Shown here one piece after another: positions 1 through 7,576 of a stretch of DNA of 40,533 nt. A program made the position numbers and the translations under genes. Source of the stretch: a virus (lineage: Duplodnaviria; Caudoviricetes); IMG/VR virus record IMGVR_UViG_3300032373_001200, positions 1 through 40,533 of that record; one strand, 5' to 3'. The notes under the pieces are model-generated. The model made no database searches. It worked only from the letters and a program-made list of their open reading frames with translations, and was not told the origin of the DNA. Within the stretch, counting starts at the first letter, position 1. The number at the start of each line of letters is the position of its first letter.

Positions 1-1167
1 CTATTTTAGGCCGAGCCTTTTTTCTACTAGGCTGATCATGTCAGGTGCATCTTCTTTGATCCACGTCCCATAACGTCTGCGAATCATTTCAACGCTTGTT
101 CCTGCCTGTTTACTTATCCATTGCAAATCCATTCTTGCGGTTAGCATTTGTGAGATGTAGGTGTGGCGGCATTGGCCGGGGCTGCGATAGCGGACGCCTG
201 CAGCGGCTAGATGGTTAATGAAGAAATGTTCACGGAAAGACTTGTCACTAATGTGTGGCATTCCGGTTTTGGTGTTCATAAACACTAATCGAACGTTTTC
301 TTTTTTCTTGGTTCGATTGTCTCGTTGAGTAACTTCAATTTCGGTGGGTGGCAATTTTCCTGTAATTTCAAATTGACGTTTTAATGCATCGGCTGCAGGG
401 CCGATTAGCTCATGGTCTCTTGTTGAGCGTTTTGTTTTCGTGCATTTAAACGGGCCACGGACTCGCGCTCGTTTGAAATTTACGGTTCCCTGTTTTAGGT
501 CTATATCTTCCCATGCTACTGCGATCGCTTCAGAGAATCGCGGCCCACACCATAAAAGAAATCTTGCTAAATTTAACTCTTGTTCGCGATCGTCAAATGC
601 AGGTGTGTTGGAGATTAGGTTTATTTCATCAAGAATAAATACGTCCGGGTCTTCATCATCAGGAAGTTGGATCTTCAATCCTGCAGTTGGATCAACTGTG
701 TTGGGGTGACGAGTTCTATACAGTGCGTAGATTTGTTTTAGCAGCGCTATTGTTTCTTTTATTGTTTTCGATGCTAAGTTCCCAAGATCTGTGCTCATCC
801 ATTGTTTGATCTCAATTTGGTCGACAGACTCAGGTGACTTTTTAGAAAATTTCGGTCGTATATAGCGATTAATAATTCCCACATAGCCTTTGTATGCTGA
901 GGCCGCTAATTCCTGTTTTTTAAGATCTAGCCAAATATCAATGTAGTGGCCAAGCGTGTTCTCAGTGACTCGCTTTGAGTTGGGAAAGTGGTATTTATAG
1001 TCAAAAGTACAGGTTTTGATTTCATGGTTGATTTGCGCGGCTTTTGCTTCGCCATAGGTGATATTCTCCGCCGTGGCCGCTAAGCCCAGGGGTTCCCTGC
1101 ATTTCTCACCTTCATAATAGAAGTAAATGCGGAGTTTGTTACCGTGTTTTTCGACGCCATTTGCCAT
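1..1167 (-). CDS. int: Tyrosine integrase with N-terminal arm-binding (DUF3596-like) domain
   Basis: N-terminus GVEKHGNKLRIYFYYEGEKCREPL; catalytic motifs GPRFSE, QCRHTY, IRRRYG. Confidence 0.95.
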   Translation of the reverse strand: MANGVEKHGNKLRIYFYYEGEKCREPLGLAATAENITYGEAKAAQINHEIKTCTFDYKYHFPNSKRVTENTLGHYIDIWLDLKKQELAASAYKGYVGIINRYIRPKFSKKSPESVDQIEIKQWMSTDLGNLASKTIKETIALLKQIYALYRTRHPNTVDPTAGLKIQLPDDEDPDVFILDEINLISNTPAFDDREQELNLARFLLWCGPRFSEAIAVAWEDIDLKQGTVNFKRARVRGPFKCTKTKRSTRDHELIGPAADALKRQFEITGKLPPTEIEVTQRDNRTKKKENVRLVFMNTKTGMPHISDKSFREHFFINHLAAAGVRYRSPGQCRHTYISQMLTARMDLQWISKQAGTSVEMIRRRYGTWIKEDAPDMISLVEKRLGLK

Positions 1168-1178
1168 AATTCAAAAAC

Positions 1179-1229
1179 TGTAACAGAATGTTACAAATCA
1201 TTATATATGATTGTTTGAAAAATAGTCAT
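1179..1229 (-). promoter_or_regulatory. int promoter with palindromic operator TGTAACA-GAA-TGTTACA
   Basis: Perfect palindrome at 1179-1195; minus-strand TATAAT at 1200-1205; ATGACT -35-like hexamer at 1224-1229. Confidence 0.65.
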
Positions 1230-1251
1230 ATTGAATTACTAGGAGAGAAAA

Positions 1252-1626
1252 GTGAAACAATTGCTAATACTCATAATGCTGTTCCCAATCACTCTATTGG
1301 CATCACCCAGTGAGAAAATAAAAAAGTCGCTCGCATTGTGGAATCCGTTATCAGTACAGGTTAATTCAGGAAAAATTAAAATTGTAACTGATGAATTTCG
1401 CGTAACTGATTCAATCTACAAAGCCATAATTAAATATGGTATTTGTATGCCTGTATGGTCAAAAAAGCCGGAATCGATAGAAGGTATTAATGAAATATCT
1501 GTGTTGAACAAATTCGAAAAGAAAGGGTATGTTTTTAAAGGTGGAAGGGAGTTGTGTATAGCAATGGGGAAGTTACCAGACAAGGAAGCGGATGGTTTAT
1601 TGATGGGAAATTCGAGACTTTATTGA
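1252..1626 (+). CDS. Secreted/periplasmic moron protein, function unknown
   Basis: AGGAG RBS, GTG start, signal peptide MKQLLILIMLFPITLLA, two Cys. Confidence 0.8.
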   Translation: MKQLLILIMLFPITLLASPSEKIKKSLALWNPLSVQVNSGKIKIVTDEFRVTDSIYKAIIKYGICMPVWSKKPESIEGINEISVLNKFEKKGYVFKGGRELCIAMGKLPDKEADGLLMGNSRLY

Positions 1627-1660
1627 CTCGACTCTACAGGTGATCAAAAGGTAAATTCAC

Positions 1661-2320
1661 ATGTGCGGAAGACTAAACGTAACCGATTCACCCGCAGTAC
1701 AAATCGTGATGGATATAATTGGGATGCCGCTTTACCCCAAGCGGCCACCGAGGTTTAATGTTGCTCCTAGTACTGTGTTGCCAGTACTTTCAGGGAATGA
1801 ATTTATCGATATGGAATGGGGGATACAGTTTGGAAAGTTTAAACACCCAAACACACGGACGGATACGATTAAACAGAAACCCTATTTTCAAAAGTTGCTG
1901 AAAGAGAATCGTGTGATTGTTCCGGCTAACGGTTTTTATGAATGGCCAGATAAAAAAGCGCGGCCTAAATATAAGAACATCAAAACTCGTTTCTACATTC
2001 ACACCCCTGAGAATGCCATGTTATTTGGTGGAATCTATCGCATCAGTACCGATGGTGTGATGCAGTTTAATATCATCACCACTGAACCTAATGAAGAGAT
2101 CAACGATTTTCACCATCGTATGCCGGTTATCATACCACCAGCAAAAGCTACTCAATGGCAGGCAGCGAAGGACGTTGAAGAGCTATATGATTTGTTAGTT
2201 CCTTATACTGATCCACTTACGATTTATGAGTGCGATCCATATGTGGACAACGCAAGACATGAAGGACCGCAATGTGTCGAGCCATTGAAAGCAGTGGGTG
2301 GGCAAGGATCATTGTTTTAG
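1661..2320 (+). CDS. SRAP (SOS response-associated peptidase; YedK/HMCES family, abasic-site protection)
   Basis: MCGR N-terminus, RFNVAPS, PANGFYEW, HHRMPVII motifs. Confidence 0.95.
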   Translation: MCGRLNVTDSPAVQIVMDIIGMPLYPKRPPRFNVAPSTVLPVLSGNEFIDMEWGIQFGKFKHPNTRTDTIKQKPYFQKLLKENRVIVPANGFYEWPDKKARPKYKNIKTRFYIHTPENAMLFGGIYRISTDGVMQFNIITTEPNEEINDFHHRMPVIIPPAKATQWQAAKDVEELYDLLVPYTDPLTIYECDPYVDNARHEGPQCVEPLKAVGGQGSLF

Positions 2321-2572
2321 TCATTTATTGTTACCGATAACAGCCTCACCAAACCTAAGCTCGTCAGCCAGCATAAAATTTTTCTCCTTGTACTCGATGA
2401 CGGGTAAGACGAACGTGAAATGACTTTCTTTCCCACAATTTGAACAAGCATGTTTCCATTGCCTAGGATTTGACAATAGAGGCTTTTCATCCGTTATCCG
2501 CATCACCCCTTTGCCGCACTCGTCACATTGGTACTCAACAAGTGTAGCGTTAATAGTTTTTTCTCTTTGCAT
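2321..2572 (-). CDS. Small Zn-ribbon protein, probably SOS-inducible
   Basis: CDECG and CSNCG pairs; LexA box about 25 bp upstream of the start. Confidence 0.75.
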   Translation of the reverse strand: MQREKTINATLVEYQCDECGKGVMRITDEKPLLSNPRQWKHACSNCGKESHFTFVLPVIEYKEKNFMLADELRFGEAVIGNNK

Positions 2573-2596
2573 CGATCTGGCTCACTCTAACCCCAA

Positions 2597-2616
2597 TACT
2601 GTTTATATATACAGTA
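2597..2616. promoter_or_regulatory. LexA (SOS) box overlapping a leftward -10
   Basis: TACTGTTTATATATACAGTA matches CTGT-N8-ACAG; minus-strand TATACT at 2613-2618 with TGTACA 17 bp upstream. Confidence 0.9.
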
Positions 2617-2671
2617 TATGTAATTTGTATTGCCATGTACAGAATGGTAGCGCCATATATTGAGCACACAG

Positions 2672-2696
2672 AAAAAAAGGGCCTTTCAGCCCCTTT
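2672..2696 (-). terminator. Intrinsic terminator
   Basis: Minus strand GGGGCT-GAAA-GGCCC followed by T7. Confidence 0.8.
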
Positions 2697-2787
2697 ACTT
2701 AATTAATCGTCCAGCACTTCATCCAAACTATCGATAATCGGCGACCTTCGCCAGCTCAGGCGATTTAAGTAAGGGTGTTATTTGTAT

Positions 2788-3000
2788 CTACCTATATGGG
2801 TTGTCGCCTGAAACACAACCAGGCATTGTGCTTTGTTTTAGCACTAACATATACAAATCCCATTTATTTGCTAGCACTAATCGCTCGGTGTCGCTTGCGG
2901 TATCCGCTGCCCTTTCTGTTTCTCTTAAATCATCTCTAAGCAATTTTGCTATGTGATTGATTTCATCATCAGTTAAATTTTCTATCTTATTGCTTCTCAT
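2788..3000 (-). CDS. Hypothetical protein (70 aa)
   Basis: ORF with AAGGA/AAGGT RBS; no family recognised. Confidence 0.65.
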   Translation of the reverse strand: MRSNKIENLTDDEINHIAKLLRDDLRETERAADTASDTERLVLANKWDLYMLVLKQSTMPGCVSGDNPYR

Positions 3001-3050
3001 ATTTAGTTACCTTTTCCTTGATTACTCATAACAACATCATACCGCATACT

Positions 3051-3155
3051 GATCAATTTGATGAGTTTGTGAAGGTGGATGAAGCCGCAAATTCACGTTC
3101 AGGATTATTTGTGAATGCGGCTGTGGAATATATACAGAAAAAGCGTTCTGCTTAG
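3051..3155 (+). pseudogene. Remnant resembling the C-terminal RHH domain of a HicB antitoxin
   Basis: Translates DQFDEFVKVDEAANSRSGLFVNAAVEYIQKKRSA*; resembles the HicB C-terminal pattern IDEYV...SRSGFLA.AA; no N-terminal domain or hicA. Confidence 0.5.
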
Positions 3156-3176
3156 TTTTAATAAATACTAGTTAAT

Positions 3177-3202
3177 AAAAAAGGGCCTTTCGGCCCTTTT
3201 TT
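3177..3202. terminator. Bidirectional intrinsic terminator
   Basis: A6-GGGCC-TTTC-GGCCC-T6 between convergent frames. Confidence 0.85.
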
Positions 3203-3440
3203 ATTTGTCTTCTTTATTCTCAATAGTTTCTAAAACTATTTTATCTTTTAAACGTTCATCGAGAAATATGTTTTCTTGGATATCCGTTAACTTGTCTTTT
3301 ACCAATCCTAAAATGCAGGCCATTTGATAGCCGGTGATGGTTAGGTCTGATCGATCAAATTCACCCGTTAAACCAACAAGGCCTTCTAGCGCTGATTCTA
3401 CTTTGAATAATTCGTTGGCGTGGTCGTGTTCGCTGCTCAT
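3201..3440 (-). CDS. Hypothetical protein in the c4-controlled operon
   Basis: ATGA overlap with the upstream ORF; ends at the terminator. Confidence 0.75.
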   Translation of the reverse strand: MSSEHDHANELFKVESALEGLVGLTGEFDRSDLTITGYQMACILGLVKDKLTDIQENIFLDERLKDKIVLETIENKEDK

Positions 3441-3712
3441 TTGCTTACACTACTTTTTTCGATTAACTCGATGCCTTCCATTCTTACTTCTTCAATGAGT
3501 GCTTCTATTTTGCCTAATACCGAATCAAGGATATTTTCGGCATCTTCGACGCTGAGTGTGTCACCAATTGATTTCATTGCTGATATCAAAGAATCTCTGG
3601 CTTGGTAGTTGGCTCCATCTAGTTCATTGGCAAGAAAGAGGATTCTATTTTCAAAATTATCAGGGGAATTAGCAGTGATGGTGTGTGGATTTTGAACGGA
3701 TTGATTTGTCAT
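3437..3712 (-). CDS. Hypothetical protein whose RBS is the c4 a2 target
   Basis: RBS GCAAAAGGAA (3719-3728) is complementary to the c4 a' loop. Confidence 0.8.
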   Translation of the reverse strand: MTNQSVQNPHTITANSPDNFENRILFLANELDGANYQARDSLISAMKSIGDTLSVEDAENILDSVLGKIEALIEEVRMEGIELIEKSSVSK

Positions 3713-3771
3713 GATTGATTCCTTTTGCTTCGGTTATTTAACCGCCACCCAACCGGTATCAATCAGTATAA

Positions 3772-3850
3772 GGGTGGCGAGCTGCACAAGGTTGATACTA
3801 CCGCGCAAAAGGAACGGCCCTCCGAAGAGGCCTCATGCAGCCCACCATAA
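3772..3850 (-). ncRNA. c4-type antisense RNA (P1/P7 c4 family)
   Basis: TTATGGTGGGCTGCATGAGG-CCTCTTCGGAGG-GCCG-TTCCTTTTGCG-CGGT-AGTATCAA-CCTTGTGCAGCTCGCCACC cloverleaf; a'=TTCCTTTTGC and b'=GTATCAA have complementary targets on both sides. Confidence 0.85.
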
Positions 3851-3946
3851 ATCGTAGGCACAAAAAAAACGCTCTCTCAGGAAGACACGTTTCGGTGTCT
3901 TTTGCTAAACGGGGTATCAATCCCGGTCGTAGATTTTGCTACGACA
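3851..3946 (-). promoter_or_regulatory. c4 a1/b1 target leader with terminator-like U-tract
   Basis: Hairpins GTCGTAG-CAAAAT-CTACGAC and CGGG-ATTGATAC-CCCG (b1), GCAAAAG (a1), then GCGTTTTTTTTG. Confidence 0.75.
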
Positions 3947-3951
3947 ACACA

Positions 3952-3980
3952 AGCATAGTCTGAGAGCGTGGAGAATGCAA
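3952..3980 (-). promoter_or_regulatory. Sigma70 promoter of the c4 locus
   Basis: TTGCAT-17 bp-TATGCT. Confidence 0.75.
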
Positions 3981-4017
3981 CAGTTTGCTACAAAGCGTTA
4001 CAGGACAAAGAAGGCAG

Positions 4018-4542
4018 CTATAGTTCGAGAGGCTCTTGTTTGCCGATATTAATATCAAGGTTGAACTCGGTGTTCGCTAGTTTCGCAGCACTTCGTTTGA
4101 GTTCGGCGTTCTGAATTTTGTCGATCTTTGCAATGATGTTGATTGCTTCTGACTGTTGAGCTTTTGTGGCAAAACCGTTGGTTTCATAAGCATGAAGTGC
4201 ATTGTCCCACTCGTCGTGTTTGCTCTCCAACCAATCTGCGGCGTCATGATTGCCTTTGCAACGTATCTTTTCAGGGTTTAAGGTATTCAAATACGCTGTA
4301 ACTCGATCGACTCGGATACATATATAGGGTTTATCACCCCCTCTTAAGGGGGTCACTTCTACACCTAAGCGCTTGTGCAGGTACTTTCCTTCCTCCAATT
4401 TTCGTGTTTGGCTTTGCCAATTTACACCGATTTCATCAGCAATTGGTTTTAGTGGAACGCGATTGTGTCCGTCGTCACATTCAACAACTGGTAGAATGGC
4501 ATCACCAAATGCAATTGAAATATGTATACGGTTGTTAGTCAT
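4018..4542 (-). CDS. Phage antirepressor, P22 AR N-terminal domain
   Basis: VPLKPIADEIGVNWQSQTRKL matches the P22_AR_N pattern; GAGGAG RBS. Confidence 0.85.
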   Translation of the reverse strand: MTNNRIHISIAFGDAILPVVECDDGHNRVPLKPIADEIGVNWQSQTRKLEEGKYLHKRLGVEVTPLRGGDKPYICIRVDRVTAYLNTLNPEKIRCKGNHDAADWLESKHDEWDNALHAYETNGFATKAQQSEAINIIAKIDKIQNAELKRSAAKLANTEFNLDINIGKQEPLEL

Positions 4543-4615
4543 AACTTTCTCCTCTTTCCCGGATGGTATTAACGTTTACTTCTTATTTAAAAGGGGTAGC
4601 CGTGCCCCTCTAAAT

Positions 4616-5026
4616 TCAGGCAGTATTGCCTTCTAAAATCTGTACGGCTTTCAGTTCCAACTCTACAAACTGTTCCTCATCAAGCAATAATTCAGCGGCG
4701 GCCATGAATGCTTCGGGTAGGCCTGCTTTTTTGGTTGTGGCTCGATTTAGAGCGGCTTTGTTTTGGTTGAAAGTGTTGATTAGGCTGCGGACGTGGTTTG
4801 CTTCGTCCTTTAAATAAGCCTGTTTATTCTTTAGGCTATTAATCAGTTTCGAGCGTTTCTTTGTGTCGATGCCGGTTTCGGTTTTAGGATTGCTTGAGAA
4901 TTTCTGCAATTTCTTCTTGATTTCACGTTTATCGGTTTCGATTTCATTTAGTAGTGCAACCAGTTTGGGTTTGTTACTGCGGATTTCTGAAACGCGCAAT
5001 ACGAAATTTTGATCAAGCATTTTCAT
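4616..5026 (-). CDS. Coiled-coil hypothetical protein
   Basis: K/E/L-rich ORF; start re-called at MKMLDQ, overlapping the upstream ORF end. Confidence 0.7.
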   Translation of the reverse strand: MKMLDQNFVLRVSEIRSNKPKLVALLNEIETDKREIKKKLQKFSSNPKTETGIDTKKRSKLINSLKNKQAYLKDEANHVRSLINTFNQNKAALNRATTKKAGLPEAFMAAAELLLDEEQFVELELKAVQILEGNTA

Positions 5027-5534
5027 TTCCTGCAGTAAGATACTTATTAACAAGACGTTCTAATTCAGCTTTATTCGGGATTGGTTTGCCTCGTAAATAC
5101 CTTTGAGTATCATCAAAATCAAACTCAGCATGCAGGTATATTTTTGGTATAGGTTTTCCTATTTCGAATATCTCGTCCCCGTTACTGGACTCTTTCAAGG
5201 CCTTGTTGATTGGAGTTAAATCAAATTGTGCAGGGGTTACAGTGAGGGCAGCTTCAAGCATGATCATGCCGTCTTCGTGAATTATACCTCCAGGAACGCA
5301 ATATACATCCACATTGTCTTCTTGCTCAGGGATGTCGATAGCTGCCTTTAACTCTTTTCCATCCACCCAGGCTTCAACAACTTTTCCGATAATATTTTCG
5401 CGATCGAAATTTAGATTAACAGGTACTCCAGGGGCTGTCTTGACCATATTGTTGAAGTCCTTCTCTGTGAATGCGTAGGGCTTTTTGTTCATTTCAAAAG
5501 GGGTTAGTGTAGCGATTGTTGTTGTGATTTCCAT
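5013..5534 (-). CDS. Prohead-protease-like protein (probably inactive)
   Basis: FTEKDFNNMV..PGVPVNLNFD..IIGKVVEAWVDGKELKA..LEAALTVTPA follows the Mu/HK97-type maturation protease pattern. Confidence 0.5.
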   Translation of the reverse strand: MEITTTIATLTPFEMNKKPYAFTEKDFNNMVKTAPGVPVNLNFDRENIIGKVVEAWVDGKELKAAIDIPEQEDNVDVYCVPGGIIHEDGMIMLEAALTVTPAQFDLTPINKALKESSNGDEIFEIGKPIPKIYLHAEFDFDDTQRYLRGKPIPNKAELERLVNKYLTAGNENA

Positions 5535-5710
5535 TATTTACCTCTCAGTGCTTGAGCGATTAATTGTAAATTCAATTCTGCATCTAATGAGTTTTGAACG
5601 GTTGCTGTTGCGGTTTTCAAGATAGCTACCATGTCGTTACTGTTAATCTCACGCTTTCTCATGTGGGCGATTAGTGATTTTGTTTCATCTAACATTTGAT
5701 CGTGTTCCAT
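5534..5710 (-). CDS. Small hypothetical protein (58 aa, not in the ORF track)
   Basis: MEHDQMLDETKSLIAHMRKREINSNDMVAILKTATATVQNSLDAELNLQLIAQALRGK*; GGGAG RBS; TAATG coupling to the next gene. Confidence 0.7.
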   Translation of the reverse strand: MEHDQMLDETKSLIAHMRKREINSNDMVAILKTATATVQNSLDAELNLQLIAQALRGK

Positions 5711-5942
5711 TTAACGCTCTCCCTATGTCTGTTCCTTTAATGAAAAGACGCTCATATGATTGAGCGGCTTGGATTGCTTCTTCGGATGTTGAGAAGCGGT
5801 TGATTTCTTCGTTTCCAAAATAGACCGAATACGTCGGGCCAGGGTTTATAAAGCCCATGATTTGAAGACGGATGGTGAATTTAAAATACGTCCCTACACG
5901 TAATGGGATGCAGTTAGCATCAACGGTGAATGTTTTATCCAT
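5685..5942 (-). CDS. Hypothetical early protein
   Basis: ORF in a tightly packed operon. Confidence 0.6.
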   Translation of the reverse strand: MDKTFTVDANCIPLRVGTYFKFTIRLQIMGFINPGPTYSVYFGNEEINRFSTSEEAIQAAQSYERLFIKGTDIGRALNGTRSNVR

Positions 5943-5945
5943 GGC

Positions 5946-6071
5946 TTAAAGCAGCTCGAACGATCGGCGATTTATGTAAAGCGGAATAATGCCGAATAGG
6001 AACCACACTTCGTAGATATACTTCAAATTCCCTTGCCGGTCTCGCTTTGGCCATGTGCGTTTCATTATCAT
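5946..6071 (-). CDS. Small hydrophobic protein (41 aa, not in the ORF track)
   Basis: MIMKRTWPKRDRQGNLKYIYEVWFLFGIIPLYINRRSFELL*; ATGA overlap; fills the operon gap. Confidence 0.65.
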   Translation of the reverse strand: MIMKRTWPKRDRQGNLKYIYEVWFLFGIIPLYINRRSFELL

Positions 6072-6325
6072 AATTGCCCAGCCTCACGCATTGCGAGGAT
6101 GTCGTTTTTCATTATTTCGATTTTTTGTGCAACGTCGATGGGTAGTGGGGGTGGTGTTGCTTCGCTAGGGGCATACATGATGATGCCTGTCCAATCGAAG
6201 GCGGCTTCGGTTTCTGCAAGTTCGACTCGACCGTTTAACCATGCGATCCAAATGTAGTCGGTGTCGTCATAGTTTTGCGGTGGCTGTTCGTCGTCTATCA
6301 TTATCCAGGGTGTGTGGTTAGGCAT
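6068..6325 (-). CDS. Hypothetical early protein (DUF551-like pattern)
   Basis: Start re-called at MPNHTPWIMIDDEQPP after AGGAGG; WI...P and PPPLP pattern. Confidence 0.65.
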   Translation of the reverse strand: MPNHTPWIMIDDEQPPQNYDDTDYIWIAWLNGRVELAETEAAFDWTGIIMYAPSEATPPPLPIDVAQKIEIMKNDILAMREAGQL

Positions 6326-7085
6326 TTTTATTTCCCTCCTTATTAATATCTTTATGAGGCACAACAAGGTCAATTAGATAACGCGATTGGTACTTGTGCA
6401 TAGACATAGCCTCGGATATCTGTTGTATCTTTTCTAAGTCTTTGAAACACCCATCATTTATGATGTAAACGTCTCCATGGAAGCAAGCCCAGTTTTTTCG
6501 TGACTCTTGAAAGAAATACATGTTTCTGCCGCTTAGTAATGGAATGTGTTTTTCTGTGTATTTTTTTAATTCGCCAAACCTTCGAACTACATCGTTCTCG
6601 ATTGCTTGTATTAATCCCATTTTATAGCCGACAGGTTTTTCGCCAGAAAAAATAATTATTTGGTCGCAGTTACTCGTTGAGGCTCTACTTACGATTAGAT
6701 CGATAATCTGATGTAGATTAAGTGCTACGTGGTTTTTATTTTCATTTCTAAACCAACCAGCTCGATTCATTTCTGCTTCATTCATGGTTTTGATCGTGGC
6801 GTCACCTTCGAGATGTATCATCATCGTGCGGTTGTTTTTATCAAAACCTTTTATTTTGCAGAGTCGTTTGAAGGCTGCGTGGATTTCCTCCCAATCGAAA
6901 CCGCGTGACACGATTACTTCACCGGGATTTATATCGAGCCTTTCGAGTTCGGTATAGGCTTTTTCGATTTCGAGTTGGCTTTCTTTGTAGGCAATGTGTT
7001 TTAACCATATTTCTTTTGATGAGAAAACAATTGCTAGTATTATTATTGAAATGCAATATATAAAAACGGTTGTGATTTCATCCAT
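6318..7085 (-). CDS. Membrane-anchored protein with degenerate terminase-ATPase-like C-terminal domain
   Basis: N-terminal TM segment; C-terminal NMYFF..FHGDVYIIND..ISEAMSMH aligns by eye to this phage's gpP [23 protein letters not shown]. Confidence 0.6.
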   Translation of the reverse strand: MDEITTVFIYCISIIILAIVFSSKEIWLKHIAYKESQLEIEKAYTELERLDINPGEVIVSRGFDWEEIHAAFKRLCKIKGFDKNNRTMMIHLEGDATIKTMNEAEMNRAGWFRNENKNHVALNLHQIIDLIVSRASTSNCDQIIIFSGEKPVGYKMGLIQAIENDVVRRFGELKKYTEKHIPLLSGRNMYFFQESRKNWACFHGDVYIINDGCFKDLEKIQQISEAMSMHKYQSRYLIDLVVPHKDINKEGNKNA

Positions 7086-7576
7086 TACTTGTCCTCCTGA
7101 TTAACTTCATCCCACCGTTCTAAGGTGTCTTTTTTCATTTGTTCGAAATTCTCTTGAATGTGTTTTCCTCCTAGGGTTGTGATGATATTTGCGGGGAATT
7201 TTGGTTTATCTAGGAATTCGCATTTCACTTCAACCCCGAAGGATTCTGCAACACCTTTGGCGAAGTCGATTCCGAACCAGATTGGTTTGTCGGGTGTGTG
7301 TTCAAAGCCGACGATGTTTAATCGACCGTGTATTAGGAAATTAGCGGTGTTGACTAGTGCGGCTATGGCGGGGCTTGAGCTTATTCTTGATACATTATTC
7401 TCGCCCTTGATGTATGTATTTGAATAGATATCTGTTTGGTATTCGCAGAACATATCAAGCGTTTGGTGTGTGAGATCAGCAGCTCGTTGTAACAGGCATC
7501 TGCCGATTTCCTTTTCGTCCGCATAGAAGAGGATATCTTCAAGCGATGTTTCTTTGTTGGCGATTATGGGCATCAT
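7085..7576 (-). CDS. Hypothetical protein, paralog of 7573-7941
   Basis: Shares IG..LL and ISS...IA.LVN.AN.LI.G with its neighbour. Confidence 0.75.
   Translation of the reverse strand: MMPIIANKETSLEDILFYADEKEIGRCLLQRAADLTHQTLDMFCEYQTDIYSNTYIKGENNVSRISSSPAIAALVNTANFLIHGRLNIVGFEHTPDKPIWFGIDFAKGVAESFGVEVKCEFLDKPKFPANIITTLGGKHIQENFEQMKKDTLERWDEVNQEDK

Noticed and set aside
4588-4633. Two hairpins (GGC-AATACT-GCC and GGGG-CACGGCTA-CCCC plus TTTT) as an ANTAR target
   Set aside because: The first loop lacks G4, the second lacks a closing pair and is itself the terminator stem; more likely a weak terminator.
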